Shown one piece after another: positions 59,592-64,000 of a stretch of DNA of 64,000 bases (positions are counted from its first letter, which is position 1; every line of letters starts with the position of its first letter). The position numbers and the translations under genes were made by a program. Below the pieces are notes generated by a model that did no database searches, had not been told where the DNA came from, and saw only the letters and a list, made by a program, of their open reading frames with translations. The stretch is from assembly GCA_002794035.1 (NCBI GenBank), contig PCXQ01000004.1, forward strand, positions 187,064-251,063, written 5' to 3'. The DNA is from Candidatus Yanofskybacteria bacterium CG10_big_fil_rev_8_21_14_0_10_36_16. GTDB taxonomy: Bacteria > Patescibacteriota > Minisyncoccia > 2-02-FULL-40-12 > IGHO2-01-FULL-4-A.

Positions 59592-59716
59592 ACCAACCTC
59601 CTAAATTATTATTTAAAGTACCGTTTTCAATAATAAGGAATAAAAAAAATTATGGCAACTAAAAAACTCCGCCTTAGCGGAGTTTTTTAAAAATAAAATC
59701 CGTGTTTACAATATGG

Positions 59717-61420
59717 CTACATTTCCTCAGGAGCTTCTATACCCAAAAGCCCAAGACCATTTTTGATAATTTGAGATACTGCCATTATTAAGCCCAACCG
59801 CAAAGCACGCTTTGTCTCATCAGGCTCATTTAAAACAGGGGCAGCTTCGTAAAAAGAGTTAAACTTTGAAGCTAAGTTGTACAAATATTCACAAAGTTGA
59901 TTTGGATAATGGTTTTTAGCGACATCAGACACAACTTCAGGAAATCTCACCAAATAACGCAAAAGCGGTTTTTCCTCATCACCCACAGAATCAACAAAAT
60001 CAGAATCATCGCTTAACTCATTAGATGAATTATCTGCTTTGCGAAGAATACTTTTTATACGAGCATGGGTATACTGCAAATACGGACCAGTATTGCCTTC
60101 AAAATTCAAAACCTTATCCCACTCAAAAACAATATCGCTGTGTCTGTTGTGAGATAAATCAAAATATTTAACTGCTCCAATCGCAACCTTCTTTGCTACT
60201 TGTTCTTTGTTTTCTAAATCCTGATTCTTTTCCTCTATAATTTTAAGAGCTAATTCATTTGCCTTATCCATAAGCACCTCAGGGCTGACATCTGTCCCCT
60301 TTCTTGTACTCATGGCTCCTTCTGCTAATTTTAATATACCGTAACTTATATGTTCCCCCTCGCCATTGCTTTTAATATGTCCCATCAAATCAAGAACCTT
60401 AAACAGCTGTCTGAAAATATGTTCCTGCCTATTGTCTACAACAAACAACTGGCGCGAGAAGCCCTGCTTTTTCTTAAAAATAAATCCGGCAATATCCCGC
60501 AAAAGATACATAGTAGCACCATCTGATTTAACGAGTAAGGCAACACCTAGCCCATATTCCTCAAGATCAACAATCTTTGCTCCTTCTGATTCCTTAAGTA
60601 ATCCCTTTTCTTCAAGCTCATCAAGGACTGCCGGCATCTTGTCTTCATAAAAACTTTCCGGCCAGTTGTGATCAGATTTTCTTATATTTAATAATTCATA
60701 AGTTTTCTCAAATTCCTGCCAGCTTAATTTTGCAAATTTTTCCCAAAGTTTTTTATTTTCCTCATCACCCTTTTCTAATGCAGCAAACTCTGCCTTTCCT
60801 TTCTCTCTAATATCAGGGTCATGTTTAGCTTTTTCATTTATATCAATATAAAGCTTATTTAATTCCTCTATTGGATTTTCTTCTACAACCTTTTCATCAC
60901 CAAAATTTTTATAAGCATACAGTAAAAGCCCAAACTGAGTTCCCCAATCACCTATGTGACTGTCTGATTCAATGTTATAACCGGAAAATTTTAATATTCG
61001 ATAAAGAGCATCACCTATGATGGCTGTTCGCAAATGGCCAAGGTGAATAGGCTTTGCAATATTAGGCTGGAAATATTCTATTAATATTTTATCCTTTTTG
61101 TCATCTCCCCTGCCGAATTCTTCCTTTTGTTTTAAAATCTCTTTGGCGTTTTTTAACAGTACATTTTTGGAATAATAAAAATTTATAAATCCAGGTGCAG
61201 CAAATTCAATTTTTGAAAAAGCTTTTTTAATATCACCGTCATCCTTTAATTTTTTTATGATTAGTTCTGCTTCGTCTTTTGGATTTGAATTATTTTGTTT
61301 AGCAACAACAAAAGAAACGTTACATGCTAAATCACCCCTGTCTTCCAGTGGATATGATATGTCAAAATTACTAATATTCGTAATTTTTTCTATTATTTCA
61401 TGCAGTGTGGCTTTGGTCAT
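59717..61420 (-). CDS. argS: Arginine--tRNA ligase
   Basis: PNIAKPIHLGHLR, HIGDWGTQFG, MSTRKG, GPYLQYTHARI.SI, GIEAPEEM. Confidence 0.97.
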   Translation of the reverse strand: MTKATLHEIIEKITNISNFDISYPLEDRGDLACNVSFVVAKQNNSNPKDEAELIIKKLKDDGDIKKAFSKIEFAAPGFINFYYSKNVLLKNAKEILKQKEEFGRGDDKKDKILIEYFQPNIAKPIHLGHLRTAIIGDALYRILKFSGYNIESDSHIGDWGTQFGLLLYAYKNFGDEKVVEENPIEELNKLYIDINEKAKHDPDIREKGKAEFAALEKGDEENKKLWEKFAKLSWQEFEKTYELLNIRKSDHNWPESFYEDKMPAVLDELEEKGLLKESEGAKIVDLEEYGLGVALLVKSDGATMYLLRDIAGFIFKKKQGFSRQLFVVDNRQEHIFRQLFKVLDLMGHIKSNGEGEHISYGILKLAEGAMSTRKGTDVSPEVLMDKANELALKIIEEKNQDLENKEQVAKKVAIGAVKYFDLSHNRHSDIVFEWDKVLNFEGNTGPYLQYTHARIKSILRKADNSSNELSDDSDFVDSVGDEEKPLLRYLVRFPEVVSDVAKNHYPNQLCEYLYNLASKFNSFYEAAPVLNEPDETKRALRLGLIMAVSQIIKNGLGLLGIEAPEEM

Positions 61421-61563
61421 AATTTTATGAACTTAAATCTACTAATATTATTCTAACATTTTTAACAAGATTTTGGCATATTTTACTTTTTAGTCAACAA
61501 TGACTTAGCTTAATTAAATTATATAATTTGTTATAAGTTGTTCTTTTACAAGGAGAAAGAAAT

Positions 61564-62265
61564 ATGACAAAAATCATTTTTTTGTTTTTAATTTTTACTT
61601 TACCTAGTTTTTCTGCTGATTTAAAAAAAGAAACAATGGTGGCAGCCCTAACCTTTGATGACGGGCCCAACCCTGAGTTTCTGAAAAATGCCCTGCCTTA
61701 TCTAGAAAAGGAAAACGTAAAAGCAACTTTCTTTGTTATCGGTTTTAAAGCAAAAAAATACCCAGATTTTATTGATAAAATGTTCAAATCTGGCCATGAA
61801 ATAGCCAACCACTCCATGAACCATGTTTGCCTTGTAAGGCCAAGTCCCAAATGGAGCGGATGCCCCGACCTTTCAGAGGAAAAAGCAATAAAAGAGGTCA
61901 ACGATGCATCTCTTGCTATTCAAAAAATCACCGGTAAAAAACCAAGCTTTTTAAGACCGCCTCATTTTGCCATGACCCCAAGTCGAAAAAATGCAATTGA
62001 GGAATCTTTGGGCATCAAAGTTCTTATACACGGTTCTAATTCAGTGGGTTCTCTTGATTGGAGCTTTAATGATAAGAATAAAATATTTAACCAAGTCAAA
62101 AAAACCATTACGGAAAGGAATTTCAAACCTGTTGTAATAGTTTTTCATGAAAGAAACGTAACCCTTGAAGCATTACCTGAAATTATAAAATTTATGAGAG
62201 AGGCTGGATACAAATTTGTAACGCTTGAGGAATTTGTAAAAATAGCACCTAAGGCCAATATTTAG
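61564..62265 (+). CDS. Secreted polysaccharide/peptidoglycan deacetylase (NodB, CE4)
   Basis: LTFDDGP, ATFF..G, HEIANHS..H, RPP, SLDW, FHE. Confidence 0.92.
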   Translation: MTKIIFLFLIFTLPSFSADLKKETMVAALTFDDGPNPEFLKNALPYLEKENVKATFFVIGFKAKKYPDFIDKMFKSGHEIANHSMNHVCLVRPSPKWSGCPDLSEEKAIKEVNDASLAIQKITGKKPSFLRPPHFAMTPSRKNAIEESLGIKVLIHGSNSVGSLDWSFNDKNKIFNQVKKTITERNFKPVVIVFHERNVTLEALPEIIKFMREAGYKFVTLEEFVKIAPKANI

Positions 62266-62279
62266 AAAAGGAGGAAGAA

Positions 62280-63236
62280 ATGACAACGAAATGCACAGCA
62301 CTGATTATAGCTACTTTGTTCTGTTTACCCTTAATGGGCGAAGAGCATGATCCCAATCCCCCATCTATAGTAAAAGCAGTATATTTAACGGTAACTTCTG
62401 TATCAAATTCTGATAAACTATCGGGGATTTTAAAAAATTTAGAAGGCACAGAAATAAATGCTCTTATAATAGACATACGCTCTAACGGCCAGAATGTTCT
62501 TTTTATGGAAAACGAAAAAGTAAAAAATATATTAAACCATTTACACTCAAAGGGATTTTATCTTATAGCTCGCATAGTGGTCTTCAATGCAGGCAAAAGC
62601 TGGTATGATCCGGGGAACAAAAACAGATGGCGAGTTGTGGCCGACTCCTCTCTTCTCGCTTTATCTCTTGGATTTGATGAAATAAATTACGATTATGTCA
62701 GATATGGTTCGGTAAATGAACCCAAAAGCAATACTCCAGTTTCAGAACGAAGAGGAGTTATAAAAAGCTTTTTTGAATTTTTAAGAGAAGAAGTCGGAAA
62801 CAAAACCGGCAAACCTATTTCAGTTGATATTTTTGGAATTACCTTCCTTAAACCTTCCAATACAATCGGCCAAGCACTTGAGGATGCCGCTGAAAACTTT
62901 GATTATGTAATGCCAATGCCCTACCCCTCGCACTGGTCTCAAGGAAGTTTCGGTTTTGAAAATCCAGCTCACCACCCATATGACGTAGTTTATAAATCAT
63001 TAATATCCGGCTGGAACAAAACAAAAGACAACCCTGCCACAAGAGCAAAACTAAGAACTTGGGTTCAAGCTTTTAATTTGGATTCTCATTACAGATACTA
63101 TAAATATTCAGAAGAGCACATAAGAGCACAAATAAATGCCTGTTATGATGCCGGATGCGTCGGCTGGGCCTTGTGGAACCCAAACAATAGATATGACCGA
63201 GAATCTTTAATACCAAAAGAAAGGAGGTCACCATGA
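62280..63236 (+). CDS. Putative secreted glycoside hydrolase (DUF4015-like TIM barrel)
   Basis: KAVYLT, TEINA.IID, IARIVVF, GFDEINYDYVRY, PM.YPSH, R.W.QAF, LWNP.N.Y. Confidence 0.8.
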   Translation: MTTKCTALIIATLFCLPLMGEEHDPNPPSIVKAVYLTVTSVSNSDKLSGILKNLEGTEINALIIDIRSNGQNVLFMENEKVKNILNHLHSKGFYLIARIVVFNAGKSWYDPGNKNRWRVVADSSLLALSLGFDEINYDYVRYGSVNEPKSNTPVSERRGVIKSFFEFLREEVGNKTGKPISVDIFGITFLKPSNTIGQALEDAAENFDYVMPMPYPSHWSQGSFGFENPAHHPYDVVYKSLISGWNKTKDNPATRAKLRTWVQAFNLDSHYRYYKYSEEHIRAQINACYDAGCVGWALWNPNNRYDRESLIPKERRSP

Positions 63237-64000
63237 TTTTGCTTGCCAGAAATCTTTTGTTAATTTTATTTTTTACAGTTTTAGCCACAGGAGCAGATTT
63301 AGAAGCCTCGCCAAAAAACAGATGCAGGGTTAGTTTCCCAAGCGACAGCTCTATCGACTGGTTTTGCTACCAAATTAAACAAAACGAGACAGCCGAAAGC
63401 TTATTCGGTAAACACTGGGAGAACGTTCTTAGGTTTAATAGAATAGACCGAAACCATTTAAGACCGGGTAAATACATAAAAGTTCCAAATGATTTAAAAA
63501 GCGTTGTTGATTTTAATCCCATGCCGTTGAAGCTGGATAGAGCAAAGGATTACAGAAAATATGTGTTAATAGACTTAAGTGAACAGTTTTTAGGGGCTTA
63601 TGATTACGGTGAGCTTACGTTATCACTTCCTGTTGCAACCGGTACTCCAGGCCATGGCACGCCAAAAGGCTTATTTAAAGTTTGGGGCCGAGAAAGATGG
63701 CACCGATCAACCAAATACACGATATCAGGCACAGGCATTTTATACCCCATGTACTGGGGCATTTGGTTCCACACATCGAAAAACTGGGTTAGATTTTGGA
63801 TTCACAGCAGAGACATGCCCGGACAACCAGCATCGCATGGATGCGTGGGTTTATATGACGAAGAAATGCAAAAGAAATTTTATAAAAGACCAGATAGTCC
63901 GGAATTAATGGATTCAAAAAAATTATACTTATGGCTATTCCCCGATGGCTTAAAAGATGATGTTCCCGGCAGTAAATTAACAGAATATCCTGAGGGCTTA
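63233..64000 (+). CDS. L,D-transpeptidase (YkuD family); runs off the window end and is absent from the ORF track
   Basis: ATG overlapping the upstream TGA; signal peptide; IDLSEQFLGAY..G, VATG....TP.G.F, WIHSRDMPGQPASHGCVGL. Confidence 0.9.
   Translation, partial: MILLARNLLLILFFTVLATGADLEASPKNRCRVSFPSDSSIDWFCYQIKQNETAESLFGKHWENVLRFNRIDRNHLRPGKYIKVPNDLKSVVDFNPMPLKLDRAKDYRKYVLIDLSEQFLGAYDYGELTLSLPVATGTPGHGTPKGLFKVWGRERWHRSTKYTISGTGILYPMYWGIWFHTSKNWVRFWIHSRDMPGQPASHGCVGLYDEEMQKKFYKRPDSPELMDSKKLYLWLFPDGLKDDVPGSKLTEYPEGL

Noticed and set aside
566-63288. Numerous short antisense or overlapping ORFs in the track
   Set aside because: They lie within well-supported genes on another frame or strand and lack motifs
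63600-63908. 102-aa ORF from the track
   Set aside because: It is an alternate frame inside the L,D-transpeptidase gene starting at 63233
1-64000. Alternative genetic code (TGA as Gly/Trp)
   Set aside because: Conserved genes are full length under code 11, and TGA ends rnc and the mutase at the expected positions

Overview
AT-rich bacterial chromosomal window using genetic code 11. Gene content and order (rpmF-nusB-rnc, dnaG-rpoD, recO with a homodimeric GlyRS, IleRS with an inserted phosphatase domain, many small orphan ORFs) point to Patescibacteria/CPR, Parcubacteria-like; this assignment is an inference. Housekeeping genes are rnj, trpS, rpmF, nusB, rnc, rpoD, dnaG, glyS, recO, ileS, argS, msrA, tRNA-Leu(CAG) and tRNA-Asn(GTT). 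Metabolic genes unexpected for such an organism are a complete 9-gene V/A-type ATPase with a Na+-type K ring, a B12-dependent isobutyryl-CoA-mutase-type pair whose small subunit is fused to a MeaB GTPase, a fused E1 alpha-beta 2-oxoacid dehydrogenase and a solitary ectoine synthase. The most unusual observations are: (1) a secreted 349-aa protein (27888-28937) carrying short motifs resembling Hcp, VgrG/gp5 and T3SS needle subunits; (2) a GIY-YIG gene flanked by duplicated tRNA-Asn 5' ends interrupted by palindromes, with relatives of those palindromes in-frame in trpS and dnaG; (3) a tRNA-Leu nested inside the remnant of another tRNA-Leu; (4) repeat-delimited gene cassettes downstream of tRNA-Asn; and (5) a dispersed family of about 160-175 nt structured hairpin elements. 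All family assignments come from recognising motifs by eye, with no database searches.
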